This document shows, in pieces, positions 29,028 to 38,784 of a stretch of DNA of 64,000 nucleotides; within the stretch, counting starts at the first letter, position 1; the number at the start of each line of letters is the position of its first letter. This DNA is from Bacteroidales bacterium (lineage in GTDB: Bacteria; Bacteroidota; Bacteroidia; Bacteroidales; VadinHA17). A program made the position numbers and the translations under genes. The stretch is from assembly GCA_049792755.1 (NCBI GenBank), contig JBARBF010000007.1:2147-66146 (forward strand), given 5' to 3'. The notes beneath the pieces were generated by a model that had not been told where the DNA came from, searched no databases, and was given only the letters and a program-made list of their open reading frames with translations.

Positions 29028-30382
29028 TAAACCTTATAGCCGGAAAAGTTTCCGGTTCCAATGCCTGTACCTGTGCCGGTATAGATAACCACCTTAATTT
29101 TATCACTGGCAACAAGCTTAATAGTAATAGTTCTTGATATAGCACTGCCAGCACCTATTACACTTTCAAGATAATCATATAAATTCCCGTTTTTAAATAA
29201 CATTAACTTTCTCCCGGCACCACCATCATTCGGATCAATGTACTTCACATCGAAAGTATATATACTCGTAGAAGGAGCTGTAAATTCGCCTGTTCCAATA
29301 TTAAGGCTGTTTCCATCATTATATTCTAATTGATCTGGAAGAAAGTCGATATTTGATAATGGCATTGGAGCAGATGTGGCAACTGTTTTGGCAGCTCTGA
29401 ATGCAATCATATCACCAAGCGAAACCGTATTCCCATTAGTTATGGTCAGAGAGTTATTTGCTGAATTATATGCAAGCGTCTGATTATCTGTATTGTCCAT
29501 GTATTTACTCAGATCGACCCCTGTTGAAGACGAATTTTTATCTATCGAAAGTTGATTGCCATTCAGATGAATATCCTGAATAGCTGCGGTTTTAAGCGAA
29601 GAAAGATCAGCTCCAGTGCCATTTGACAAACTTAAAATTCCGGTTGCACTATTATAGGAAAGATTCTGCTTAAACGGACTCAGATCGATAGCTGTTGCGG
29701 AAGGGTTTTTAGTTATTTTAAGCACATTGTTGATATCGAGCTGTAAATCCTGAATCTGATTGGTTAATCCTACCTTGTTACCACCAAGAATTGAAAGGGT
29801 ATCTCCTATAAGTGTAAGCTGGTGAGGAACATTAAGAGTTGCAAGGTTTACTGTATTTCCATTGGAAATTGAAAGATTATTGCCGTCAAATGAAAGTGTC
29901 TGTTTATCTGATGCCGGATCACCCGGATCACCCTTTGGTCCCTGCGGCCCCGGTTCAAGAGACTTCTGTGCATAGAGCGCGTATGGCACAGCAAGAAACT
30001 CCATTGTCCCCATTTCTATGAAATCATTATCAAATTTTACTTCTACCTTTAAATAATGAGAAGCTGTGTTCCATTGAATCTGTGACAGGTCAGTGTAAAT
30101 TCCACCTGTGGGTGTACCGCGACCAATAATCAATGAAAAAATTCCGAATTTTGAGGTGCTGATATCCGAATAAAGCTCCTGGTAAACAACTGTTCCAAGC
30201 GGATTGCCGATGATAATTGAAAATTTAACATCAATATTTTTATTGACAAGTTCCTTTCCTGAATTATCTCTGGCTACGGCCTGGTAATAAATACCCGGAC
30301 TAACATTCTGCCCAAAAGACAGTAAACCCGAAATTAAAAATATCAACAACAAATAATACCTAATAATTCCTTTTGAGGCCAT
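29024..30382 (-). CDS. secreted fibre-like protein with a short collagen-triplet segment, leucine/asparagine-rich repeats and a C-terminal C1q/TNF-like jelly-roll
   Basis: 452 aa with a signal peptide. GPQGPKGDPGDP triplets. Repeats of the type LS.SNGNTV.L. The C-terminal ~130 aa matches the gC1q pattern (AFRAAKT...F..D...YNDGN......GEFTAP..SIYTF.V....L.LFKNG....S.TI.L...D.I.VVIY....FSGYKVY). Confidence 0.6.
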   Translation of the reverse strand: MASKGIIRYYLLLIFLISGLLSFGQNVSPGIYYQAVARDNSGKELVNKNIDVKFSIIIGNPLGTVVYQELYSDISTSKFGIFSLIIGRGTPTGGIYTDLSQIQWNTASHYLKVEVKFDNDFIEMGTMEFLAVPYALYAQKSLEPGPQGPKGDPGDPASDKQTLSFDGNNLSISNGNTVNLATLNVPHQLTLIGDTLSILGGNKVGLTNQIQDLQLDINNVLKITKNPSATAIDLSPFKQNLSYNSATGILSLSNGTGADLSSLKTAAIQDIHLNGNQLSIDKNSSSTGVDLSKYMDNTDNQTLAYNSANNSLTITNGNTVSLGDMIAFRAAKTVATSAPMPLSNIDFLPDQLEYNDGNSLNIGTGEFTAPSTSIYTFDVKYIDPNDGGAGRKLMLFKNGNLYDYLESVIGAGSAISRTITIKLVASDKIKVVIYTGTGTGIGTGNFSGYKVY

Positions 30383-30393
30383 AGTCTTCCGGA

Positions 30394-30894
30394 TTACATT
30401 TTCTCTATTTTAAATACTCTTTTGATTGTCCCATCGTCACTAGTTACTCTGACAAAATAGAAGCCGAATTTCAGGCTGGCAACACCAATCTGTTGTATAT
30501 AATAATATTTCTCAGTAAAATCAACATTCACAGAATTAACTATCATACCGGTAATATTAATTATTTCAATATTGAATTTTCGGGCCATGTCTCCATACAA
30601 TTTGACGAAAATAAAATCTGTTGCAGGATTCGGATAGACATCAACACCGTTTCCTTCAGGTGGAGTTCCTGCAATAATTTGAATCCTCGGTTGCTGAAAT
30701 CCCTGTGTCAATATGAAACCTGCACTGCTAAATGTCTCAACTGCTGTTTCGCCAATTGTTTGTGAATACTCTATTACTCCGGCTGTTGACAGACCTGCGG
30801 CAGAAACCAAAACCTTGGGTGTCAAATCCTGTGAGAAACCGCTTATTCCGGAAAATAGCAATAACAGCATCAAAACATAAGTTCCTTTAATCAT
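30394..30894 (-). CDS. small secreted protein with a T9SS (Por) C-terminal sorting domain
   Basis: Start moved to MIKGTYVLMLLLLFSGISGFSQ (signal peptide). The C-terminal VYPNPATDFIFVKL...FYFVRVTSDDGTIKRVFKIEK is a typical type A T9SS CTD. Confidence 0.75.
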   Translation of the reverse strand: MIKGTYVLMLLLLFSGISGFSQDLTPKVLVSAAGLSTAGVIEYSQTIGETAVETFSSAGFILTQGFQQPRIQIIAGTPPEGNGVDVYPNPATDFIFVKLYGDMARKFNIEIINITGMIVNSVNVDFTEKYYYIQQIGVASLKFGFYFVRVTSDDGTIKRVFKIEKM

Positions 30895-31088
30895 GTTATA
30901 TTTATTCTGGAAGATCAAATATAAATGTATTTTTGAAAAAGCAATTATTTTTGTTAATAAATATGTTAATAACTTGTTTAAAAACACTTTAAGTCAGTCC
31001 GATAGTTCATTTTAGCTTTTAACCCTTCCTGACATAAAGTCATATCCAAATATTATATTAAGATTTTTACTGAATATTTAATTGTACA

Positions 31089-31688
31089 ATGTTAAAATCA
31101 TACCTCTATCATAATCTCATTGAAGCGGGCTGTGATGAAGCCGGTCGGGGTTGTCTGGCAGGACCAGTGGTGGCAGCAGCTGTTATCCTTCCAAAAAACT
31201 ATAAACATCCTGTTCTCAATGATTCCAAAAAACTTACATCCAAACAAAGAGCTGTTTTAAAGGATGAAATAATAAATTCAGCAATTGACTGGAAGGTTGC
31301 ATTTGTCGATAATGCTGAAATTGATGAAATGAATATTCTCAGGGCTTCTATAAAAGCCATGCATCTTGCTATCGGGGGTCTTAAAAAGGTTCCGCAGTTC
31401 CTGCTTATCGACGGGAACAGGTTTTATGCCTATAAAGACATTAATTATAAAACAATTGTCAGAGGTGATGGTCTTTTTTTCTCAATTGCTGCCGCCTCAG
31501 TGCTTGCAAAAACATTCCGTGACGAGTTCATGGATAAAATACATTATGAATTTCCCGAATTTGGCTGGAACAATAATAAAGGATATCCAACCCCTTTTCA
31601 CAGGGCAGCTATAATGAAATACGGTATAACCCCATACCATCGAAAATCATTTAATCTTTTTGATTCCCAGTTGAAATTTGAATTTTAA
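31089..31688 (+). CDS. rnhB: ribonuclease HII
   Basis: 199 aa with the active-site block GCDEAGRGCLAGPVVAAAVIL and the DSKKL motif. Confidence 0.92.
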   Translation: MLKSYLYHNLIEAGCDEAGRGCLAGPVVAAAVILPKNYKHPVLNDSKKLTSKQRAVLKDEIINSAIDWKVAFVDNAEIDEMNILRASIKAMHLAIGGLKKVPQFLLIDGNRFYAYKDINYKTIVRGDGLFFSIAAASVLAKTFRDEFMDKIHYEFPEFGWNNNKGYPTPFHRAAIMKYGITPYHRKSFNLFDSQLKFEF

Positions 31689-31914
31689 ATATTTATTTAA
31701 GTCCTAAAAACTTTTTTGCCGCCAAGACATCAAGACACGAAGTTACACCAGGAAATAAATAATTAAAGATAAACTCTATATGAACCTTCGCGTTTTGAGC
31801 TTTGGTGGCAATTGCATAATAAAGACATTTTGTAGCGTCCATAATATTCCATTATTAATTATAAAGGCTATCTTTGAGCGATAATTTAAAATCAATCTAA
31901 ACAAGTTGTACTAT

Positions 31915-34065
31915 ATGAAAAAATTGTTTGTAATCTTATTGCTTCTTCTACTAGGTTTTGGATTCAAAGTTAAAGCTGATGAAGGTATGTGGCTGTTGCC
32001 ACTTATCGAAAAATTGAACATTGGTAAAATGACCGAACTGGGTCTGAAGCTCTCCGCTGAAGATATATACAGCATCAATAAAGTCTGTCTGAAAGATGCA
32101 GTTGTAATCTTTGGAGGCGGATGCACTGCAGAGATTGTTTCCTCACAAGGCCTTGTTCTGACAAATCATCATTGCGGGTACGGTTCGATCCAGGCTCACA
32201 GCAGTGTCGACCACGACTATCTGCGTGACGGATTCTGGGCAAAAACTAAAGACGAAGAGCTGCCAAACCCCAACCTTTCAGTTACATTCCTTATCAGAGT
32301 TGAAGATGTAACCGGCCAGGTTCTGGCAAATGTTAAGCTGGGAATGAGCGAAACAGATCGTACTGCAGCAATAAACGATGCAAGACAGGCGATTGAGAAG
32401 AAAGCTGCCGAAGGAAATAATTACAGGGCACAAGTTTCAAGCTTTTATGGCGGAAACTACTTTTATCTTCTTACCTATGAGAGATATAACGATGTCCGCC
32501 TCGTTGGAGCGCCACCCTCTTCAATTGGTAAGTTCGGATTTGACACTGATAACTGGGAATGGCCACGTCATACCGGTGACTTCAGCGTATTCCGCGTTTA
32601 TTCCGGACCAGATGGGAAACCTGCTCCCTATTCAAAAGATAATATCCCTCTTAAGCCAAAACGTTATATGACAGTATCTTTAAAAGATCGTAATATAGGT
32701 GACTTTGCAATGATCCTGGGTTATCCTGGTAGAACTAACAGGTATATGACCTCTTTCGAAGTTAATGAACAACTGCAGATTGTACATCCCGATAGAATTA
32801 AAATAAGAGGTATCAAACAGGAAATCTGGATGAAAGATATGATGGCCGACCAGAAGGTAAATATTCAATATTCATCAAAATATTCAGGTTCTTCAAACTA
32901 TTGGAAGTATTCCATAGGACAAAAAGCCAGTCTTGAAAAACTCAATGTAAAAGTAAAGAAAGAAGAGATTGAGAACCAGTTCAATAAATGGGTAATAGCC
33001 GATCCGGAACGTAAAGCTAAATACGGCGAAGCTCTGAATATGATAAAAACTGCAATTGAAGGAAGGGCAGATTATTATAATGCGATTCAATATATAAGTG
33101 AATGCATGCAGGGTTGTGAACTTTTCGGGCTGAACAGAAGAATTGCCAGTTTAGTCACAGCACTCAAATCAAAGGATAATCAGAAAATATCAGATGCTGT
33201 CACAGAATTTAAGAATACCAGCAGTAATTTTTACAAAGACTACAATCTGCCAACCGATATTCAATCAACGAAAGCGATGCTCAGGCTTTACAAAACTGAT
33301 GTTGCTGTAAAATTCCAGCCAGATTTTTATGCAAATATTGTAGATAAAAAATTTAAAGGGAATATTGACAAATTCGTTGATGACATGTTTGCAAAGTCGG
33401 TATTTACGAATGAAGCAAAACTTAATGCATTTCTCGATAAACCGGTTCTGAAAACCATTGAAAGTGATCCGGTTTATTTGACCGCAACTTCATTTTTCAA
33501 TACAGCAACAGGAGTCTCGAAGGATCTAAGCCAGTTTGATGCCGGATTAGCCACAGGCAAGAGATTATGGATCGCTGCATTATTGGAAATGGTTCCAGAA
33601 AAAACATTATACCCCGATGCAAACTCCACAATGCGTCTTTCTTATGGAACTGTCCAGGATTACGACCCGAGAGATGCTGTAACCTATAAGTATTACACCA
33701 CTCTGCAGGGAGTTGTAGATAAGTATAAACCAGGTGATTATGAATTCGATGTTCCAAAAAGGCTTATTGAGCTGAACAACAAGAAAGAATTCGGAAGATA
33801 TGGATCCTCAAAAGGGTACATGCCCGTTTGCTTCCTTACCACAAATGATATTACAGGAGGTAACTCAGGCAGCCCGGTGATGAATGGAAACGGTGAATTA
33901 ATCGGATTGGCTTTTGATGGAAACTGGGAATCTATGAGCGGAGATATCGCGTATGAACCTGAACTTCAAAGGACAATAGTCGTAGATATCCGCTATGTTT
34001 TGTGGTTGATGGACATTTATTCCGGAGCAAAAAATCTGGTCGATGAGATGACTATCGTTCAGTAA
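31915..34065 (+). CDS. S46-family dipeptidyl-peptidase (DPP7/DPP11-like)
   Basis: About 716 aa. Signal peptide followed by ADEGMWL. His context LVLTNHHCG. C-terminal Ser context TTNDITGGNSGSPV. Confidence 0.88.
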   Translation: MKKLFVILLLLLLGFGFKVKADEGMWLLPLIEKLNIGKMTELGLKLSAEDIYSINKVCLKDAVVIFGGGCTAEIVSSQGLVLTNHHCGYGSIQAHSSVDHDYLRDGFWAKTKDEELPNPNLSVTFLIRVEDVTGQVLANVKLGMSETDRTAAINDARQAIEKKAAEGNNYRAQVSSFYGGNYFYLLTYERYNDVRLVGAPPSSIGKFGFDTDNWEWPRHTGDFSVFRVYSGPDGKPAPYSKDNIPLKPKRYMTVSLKDRNIGDFAMILGYPGRTNRYMTSFEVNEQLQIVHPDRIKIRGIKQEIWMKDMMADQKVNIQYSSKYSGSSNYWKYSIGQKASLEKLNVKVKKEEIENQFNKWVIADPERKAKYGEALNMIKTAIEGRADYYNAIQYISECMQGCELFGLNRRIASLVTALKSKDNQKISDAVTEFKNTSSNFYKDYNLPTDIQSTKAMLRLYKTDVAVKFQPDFYANIVDKKFKGNIDKFVDDMFAKSVFTNEAKLNAFLDKPVLKTIESDPVYLTATSFFNTATGVSKDLSQFDAGLATGKRLWIAALLEMVPEKTLYPDANSTMRLSYGTVQDYDPRDAVTYKYYTTLQGVVDKYKPGDYEFDVPKRLIELNNKKEFGRYGSSKGYMPVCFLTTNDITGGNSGSPVMNGNGELIGLAFDGNWESMSGDIAYEPELQRTIVVDIRYVLWLMDIYSGAKNLVDEMTIVQ

Positions 34066-34076
34066 AAAATAAATAG

Positions 34077-34268
34077 GAACTCACCCCTTTTAGCCCCCTC
34101 TCTGCTAGACAAAGAGGGGGCTTTTTTTTCAATAATTCGAAATTTTTCCATAGAATTAGTTACCTTAATAAATTAATGAACCTGATTAAATATCATAATA
34201 TCTAATAACATAACCTGAGGTATCTTTCCCCTCTTTACAAAGCAGAGAGGGGATTAAGTGGTGAGTTC
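34077..34268. repeat. ~41-bp imperfect inverted repeats flanking a ~107-bp AT-rich core
   Basis: Left arm GAACTCACCCCTTTTAGCCCCCTCTCTGCTAGACAAAGAGGGG. The reverse complement of the right arm is GAACTCACCACTTAATCCCCTCTCTGCTTTGTAAAGAGGGG. Confidence 0.6.
34094..34129 (+). terminator. rho-independent terminator after the S46 peptidase gene
   Basis: CCCCCTCT (34094-34101) pairs with AGAGGGGG (34113-34120), followed by a T8 run. Confidence 0.75.
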
Positions 34269-34330
34269 ATGAATAAAAGAGATTAAGATTTTAAGATTTT
34301 TGTGATTATCTTTGCACCAAACTTTTAAAT

Positions 34331-34915
34331 ATGCATTTTAGTCTGATCGAGATCCTTGCAGCTTTTATGGTATTGTTTGCAATAATTGATATCCCTGGTT
34401 CAATTCCTATAATCATTGACATTAAATCAAAATCCGGTGATATTAAATCAACTAAAGTCACACTTGTTTCATTCCTGATACTTCTTGCATTTTTATTCAT
34501 TGGAAGTCCCTTGCTCGGCATCTTCGGCATCGATGTATCATCCTTTGCGATCGCAGGTTCGTTTATCATTTTTTTAATAGCTATGGAAATGATCCTTGGT
34601 ATAGAACTTTTTAAACAAGATTCACACGGCAGCGGATCAATTTTCCCGATAGCTTTTCCATTAATAGCCGGTGCAGGATCAATTACCACAATCTTATCCT
34701 TAAAAGCTGAATATCAAACAATTAATATTTTTATTGCCCTTGTCCTGAATATGGTGGTAATTTATCTCGTATTACAATTAACTTCAATATTTGAAAAAAT
34801 ACTGGGAGCTGGCGGACTTCAAATCCTGAAAAAAGTTTTTGGCGTAATCCTGTTATCAATTGCTATAAAACTTTTCGTAACCAACACAGGCATTGTCCTT
34901 CATCATGCCAGGTGA
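34331..34915 (+). CDS. MarC-family (UPF0056) integral membrane protein
   Basis: 194 aa with six TM helices. Start of the type FMVLFAIIDIPGSIPI, characteristic of the MarC family. Confidence 0.75.
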   Translation: MHFSLIEILAAFMVLFAIIDIPGSIPIIIDIKSKSGDIKSTKVTLVSFLILLAFLFIGSPLLGIFGIDVSSFAIAGSFIIFLIAMEMILGIELFKQDSHGSGSIFPIAFPLIAGAGSITTILSLKAEYQTINIFIALVLNMVVIYLVLQLTSIFEKILGAGGLQILKKVFGVILLSIAIKLFVTNTGIVLHHAR

Positions 34916-35384
34916 AATTACAATATATACCGATGGAGCTTCAAGCGGAAATCCTGGTCCGGGAGGATTTGGTGTCGTGCTTATTTCAGGTAAGCACAGA
35001 CTTGAAAAATCAGCAGGATTCAGGCTTACAACAAATAACAGGATGGAGCTTATGGCAGTTATTGAAGGATTGGAAGCCCTGAAAATAGCTGGCAGCAGAG
35101 TAGTAGTTTATACCGACTCAAAATATGTTGCAGATTCCGTTGAAAGAGGATGGGTATTTGAGTGGGAATCCAAAGCTTTCAAAAAGAAAAAAAACCCGGA
35201 TCTCTGGATCAGATTTCTGAAGATTTACCGGAAACATAAGGTCAGATTTGTTTGGATAAAAGGTCATGCCGATAATATTGAAAATGAAATCTGCGACAGG
35301 TTAGCAGTGGAAGCTTATTCAAATAGTTCACTTCTCGAAGATACCGGTTATGGCCCGGAAGATGAAAGTAATAAGCTATTTTAG
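34905..35384 (+). CDS. rnhA: ribonuclease HI
   Basis: ITIYTDGASSGNPGPGGFGVVL, TNNRMEL, VYTDSKYV and KGHADNIENEICDRLA carry the DEDD catalytic residues. Start set at the ATG at 34905, overlapping marC by 11 nt. Confidence 0.9.
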   Translation: MPGEITIYTDGASSGNPGPGGFGVVLISGKHRLEKSAGFRLTTNNRMELMAVIEGLEALKIAGSRVVVYTDSKYVADSVERGWVFEWESKAFKKKKNPDLWIRFLKIYRKHKVRFVWIKGHADNIENEICDRLAVEAYSNSSLLEDTGYGPEDESNKLF

Positions 35385-35480
35385 CCTGGAACAGATTAAA
35401 ACATGTTAGCGTTTTATTAATTAATGAGGCAATTTTGTAAAGAGGTTACCAATGGAAAAAATTTATATCAGTAAATCCTG

Positions 35481-35975
35481 ATGAGGGGGCAAAGAGAATT
35501 ATATTTACTATTCGAGAGGCTCGACATTCGGTTTGAGTATCATGAACATCCTCCCCTGGCCACTATTGAAGATACCAAAATACACTGGAGAAATTATAAT
35601 TCAGGACGATGTAAGAACATCTTCTTTCGCAATCATAAAGGAGACAGGCATTATCTTGTTATCCTTGAACACCTGCGACAGCTTAATATCAAAGACCTGG
35701 AAAAACGTTTAAAGCAGGGGAAACTTACTTTTGCTTCAGATCAGAGATTAAAAAAATATCTTGGCGTTGAACCGGGTTCCGTTTCACCGTTTGGCCTTAT
35801 TAATGACTCTGAAAAACATGTTCATCTGTTTATCGATGAGAAACTAATTGAATCTGAAAGGCTTACCTTTCATCCTAATATAAACACTGCTTCACTTGTT
35901 ATTTCTAAATCTGATTTTTTAAAATTTCTTGAATACACAGGTAACACATTTGAATTTATCCGGCTTTATGAATAG
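35481..35975 (+). CDS. YbaK/ProX-type aminoacyl-tRNA editing domain protein
   Basis: 164 aa. CKNIFFRNHKGDRHYLVIL and GVEPGSVSPFGLIND are typical of prolyl-tRNA-synthetase-associated editing domains. Confidence 0.65.
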   Translation: MRGQRELYLLFERLDIRFEYHEHPPLATIEDTKIHWRNYNSGRCKNIFFRNHKGDRHYLVILEHLRQLNIKDLEKRLKQGKLTFASDQRLKKYLGVEPGSVSPFGLINDSEKHVHLFIDEKLIESERLTFHPNINTASLVISKSDFLKFLEYTGNTFEFIRLYE

Positions 35976-36112
35976 GGTATCTGTACAAGTAGTGTGTCTT
36001 TATATTTTCAACCATGAAATTTTTATTTAGAAAAAATAGAAATAAATTATCTTTTGCATCAAAATCCAATCTTTTACGTCTTTATTGAGTAAGCACCTAA
36101 AGCAAACTATGC

Positions 36113-38749
36113 ATGAAAAGAATCTTTATTACTATCCTGACCATATTTTCTCTTCTCCCTGTGCTTTTTGGTCAGGATCCTGAAAAGAAGCAATATACTG
36201 CAACACATATAACAACGCCTCCCGTCATCAATGGAGTTCTGGACGATGAAGCGTGGCTCTCCGGTACCTGGGCCGGTGATTTTACTCAAAATCAGCCATT
36301 TAGTGGCAGACCGGAAACTCAAAGAACAGAATTCAAGATACTGTTTGATAATGATAATCTTTATGTCGCAATTAAAGCCTTTGACACAGCGCCGGATAGT
36401 ATTGTAAATCGCTTAACAAGACGGGATGAGGCTGACGGTGATCTTGTAGGAATAATTATTGACAGTTTTCATGACCTGCGCACCGGGTTCCTGTTTGGTG
36501 TGAGTTCCGCCGGTGTTAAATATGATCAGATGTTTACCAATGACGGACAGAACCAGGATCCTACGTGGGATCCAAACTGGTGGGTAGCGACTTCCGTCAA
36601 CAAAGATGGCTGGGTTGCCGAGATGAAAATTCCGTTCAGCCAGGTTAGATTCGATAAAAGTTCCTCTGATGGATGGGGTCTTGATGTGGCAAGAGTTTTA
36701 TACAGGAAAAACGAACAAAGTTTCTGGCAGCATATTCCCAGAGATGCACCCGGATTAGTTCATTTGTTTGGTGAACTAAAAGGGATTGAACAGATAAAAC
36801 CGAGGAAAATTTTCGACATAACCCCTTATGGCGTTGCCAAAACAGAAACTTATCAGTCGGAACCCGGGAATCCGTTTCTGGCATCCGGAAAATCGTCAAA
36901 ATTAAACGGAGGCATAGACGCCAAGATAGGTGTGACAAATAATATGACTATGGACCTGACAATCAATCCGGATTTTGGCCAGGTCGAAGCTGACCCATCT
37001 GTGGTAAATCTTTCAGCTTATGAAACATTTTTTACCGAAAAGCGTCCATTCTTTATCGAAGGGAACAATATCACCGATTTCGGATTAGGTATTGGCAACG
37101 GTGGTGTTGGAAACGATAACCTATTCTATTCCAGGAGAATAGGTCGACAGCCACAGGGATATCCCGAAGTGAAAGACGGCTGGTATCCAAATGTTCCTAC
37201 CAGGACTGATATTCTTGGAGCAGCTAAACTTACCGGAAAGACAAAAGACGGACTTTCAGTTGGTTTTGTGGAGGCAGTCACGGCTCAGGAGAAGGCTGAA
37301 ATTGATACCATTGGCAAAAGAAAATTTGCAACGGTTGAACCGCTGACAAATTATTTTGTGGGTAGGATTCAGAAAGATATTAATAATGGAAACACTTTAA
37401 TCGGCGGAATTTTTACCAGCACAAACAGGGAGCTCGATGCTGATGTAACAGATATTATGCATAAAGCTGCATATGCGGGAGGAGTTGACTTCACTCAATA
37501 TTTCAATAAAAAAAGCTGGATGTTTAACCTCAATACAGCGTTCAGCCTTGTGGAAGGTTCTAAGAAAGCCATAACTAATACACAGGAATCGTCTGCGCAT
37601 TATTTCCAGAGACCAGGTAAAAACTATGCTGTTCTTGATACAAACAGGACCTCTCTTGCCGGATCAGGAGGGAGAATGCAGATAATGAAACTTAACGGAC
37701 ACTGGAATTTTCTGGGTGCAGCTTTATGGAAAACTCCCGGCTTTGAAATTAATGACATGGGTTATATGCGGACAACAGATCAGATTCTTTCGGTGCTCTG
37801 GGCAGGATACAACCAATTTGAGCCAAAAGGAATTTATAAGAGTTTCAATCTGAATTCTGATTTTTATTCAATTAATAATTTTGGAGGCAACTGGATTGGC
37901 GGAGGATATGAATGGAATGCCAGCATAAATCTCAAGAATTTCTGGAATGTATGGACCGGCGGAAGTCTTAATACCTCATCACTTTCCACCGATATGCTTC
38001 GTGGCGGACCAATGATGAAACTGCCCGGCAGCGTCAATCCAAGAGCCGGCATCTCAACAGACAATCGTAAAAAATTAGTATTCAGCTTTTCAGCAAACCT
38101 GTCAACAGGATTTGAAAACAGCTCTGATAACTTATATACCGAACTGGACATAACATACAAACCAACCAATTATCTTGTTTTTATGATCAGTCCCTCCTAT
38201 AATAAGTCATTTACAGAGCTTCAGTACGTTACGGAGACATCCTACAATGGAAATGACAGGTACATTTTTGCCAGTATTGATCAAAAAACCATCAACACAT
38301 CTTTCAGAGTGAACGTGAACATCAGCCCGAACCTTACTTTCCAGTACTGGGGACAGCCATTTGTTGCTACCGGAAAATATTACAATTATAAATACATCAC
38401 CAATCCTATGGCAACCCAATACCACGACAGGTTCCTGACATACAACAGCGATCAGATATGGTTTGATACAGATCATTATAATATCTCTGAAAACGGGAAT
38501 AGCAATATCGACTACACAATCGGTAAAAATGATTTTAATTGGAAGCAATTCCTTTCCAACCTCGTAGTAAGATGGGAATATAGTCCCGGATCAACACTCT
38601 ATCTGGTATGGAGTCAGACCAGAAGTTATAACACCGATTCAGGTCAGATGGATTTTTTCAATAATGTTGGCGATCTTTTTAATAAAAGTAAAGATATACC
38701 TCATAATGTTTTTTTGATTAAATTCAGTTATCGGTTTGGGCTAAAATAG
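36113..38749 (+). CDS. CBM9-like / DUF5916-type outer-membrane-associated protein
   Basis: 878 aa with a signal peptide. N-terminal PPVINGVLDDEAW...FTQNQPFSG...ILFDNDNLYVA pattern. Long beta-rich C-terminal part ending in an aromatic-rich strand (FLIKFSYRFGLK). Confidence 0.65.
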   Translation: MKRIFITILTIFSLLPVLFGQDPEKKQYTATHITTPPVINGVLDDEAWLSGTWAGDFTQNQPFSGRPETQRTEFKILFDNDNLYVAIKAFDTAPDSIVNRLTRRDEADGDLVGIIIDSFHDLRTGFLFGVSSAGVKYDQMFTNDGQNQDPTWDPNWWVATSVNKDGWVAEMKIPFSQVRFDKSSSDGWGLDVARVLYRKNEQSFWQHIPRDAPGLVHLFGELKGIEQIKPRKIFDITPYGVAKTETYQSEPGNPFLASGKSSKLNGGIDAKIGVTNNMTMDLTINPDFGQVEADPSVVNLSAYETFFTEKRPFFIEGNNITDFGLGIGNGGVGNDNLFYSRRIGRQPQGYPEVKDGWYPNVPTRTDILGAAKLTGKTKDGLSVGFVEAVTAQEKAEIDTIGKRKFATVEPLTNYFVGRIQKDINNGNTLIGGIFTSTNRELDADVTDIMHKAAYAGGVDFTQYFNKKSWMFNLNTAFSLVEGSKKAITNTQESSAHYFQRPGKNYAVLDTNRTSLAGSGGRMQIMKLNGHWNFLGAALWKTPGFEINDMGYMRTTDQILSVLWAGYNQFEPKGIYKSFNLNSDFYSINNFGGNWIGGGYEWNASINLKNFWNVWTGGSLNTSSLSTDMLRGGPMMKLPGSVNPRAGISTDNRKKLVFSFSANLSTGFENSSDNLYTELDITYKPTNYLVFMISPSYNKSFTELQYVTETSYNGNDRYIFASIDQKTINTSFRVNVNISPNLTFQYWGQPFVATGKYYNYKYITNPMATQYHDRFLTYNSDQIWFDTDHYNISENGNSNIDYTIGKNDFNWKQFLSNLVVRWEYSPGSTLYLVWSQTRSYNTDSGQMDFFNNVGDLFNKSKDIPHNVFLIKFSYRFGLK

Positions 38750-38784
38750 GTTTTTTTAGGTGCATTGCCGGAGGCCGTTAAATT

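Noticed and set aside
36107-36322. 71-aa minus-strand ORF overlapping the start of the DUF5916-like gene
   Set aside because: It lies antisense to the signal peptide and N-terminal domain of a well-supported 878-aa gene and has no recognisable features.
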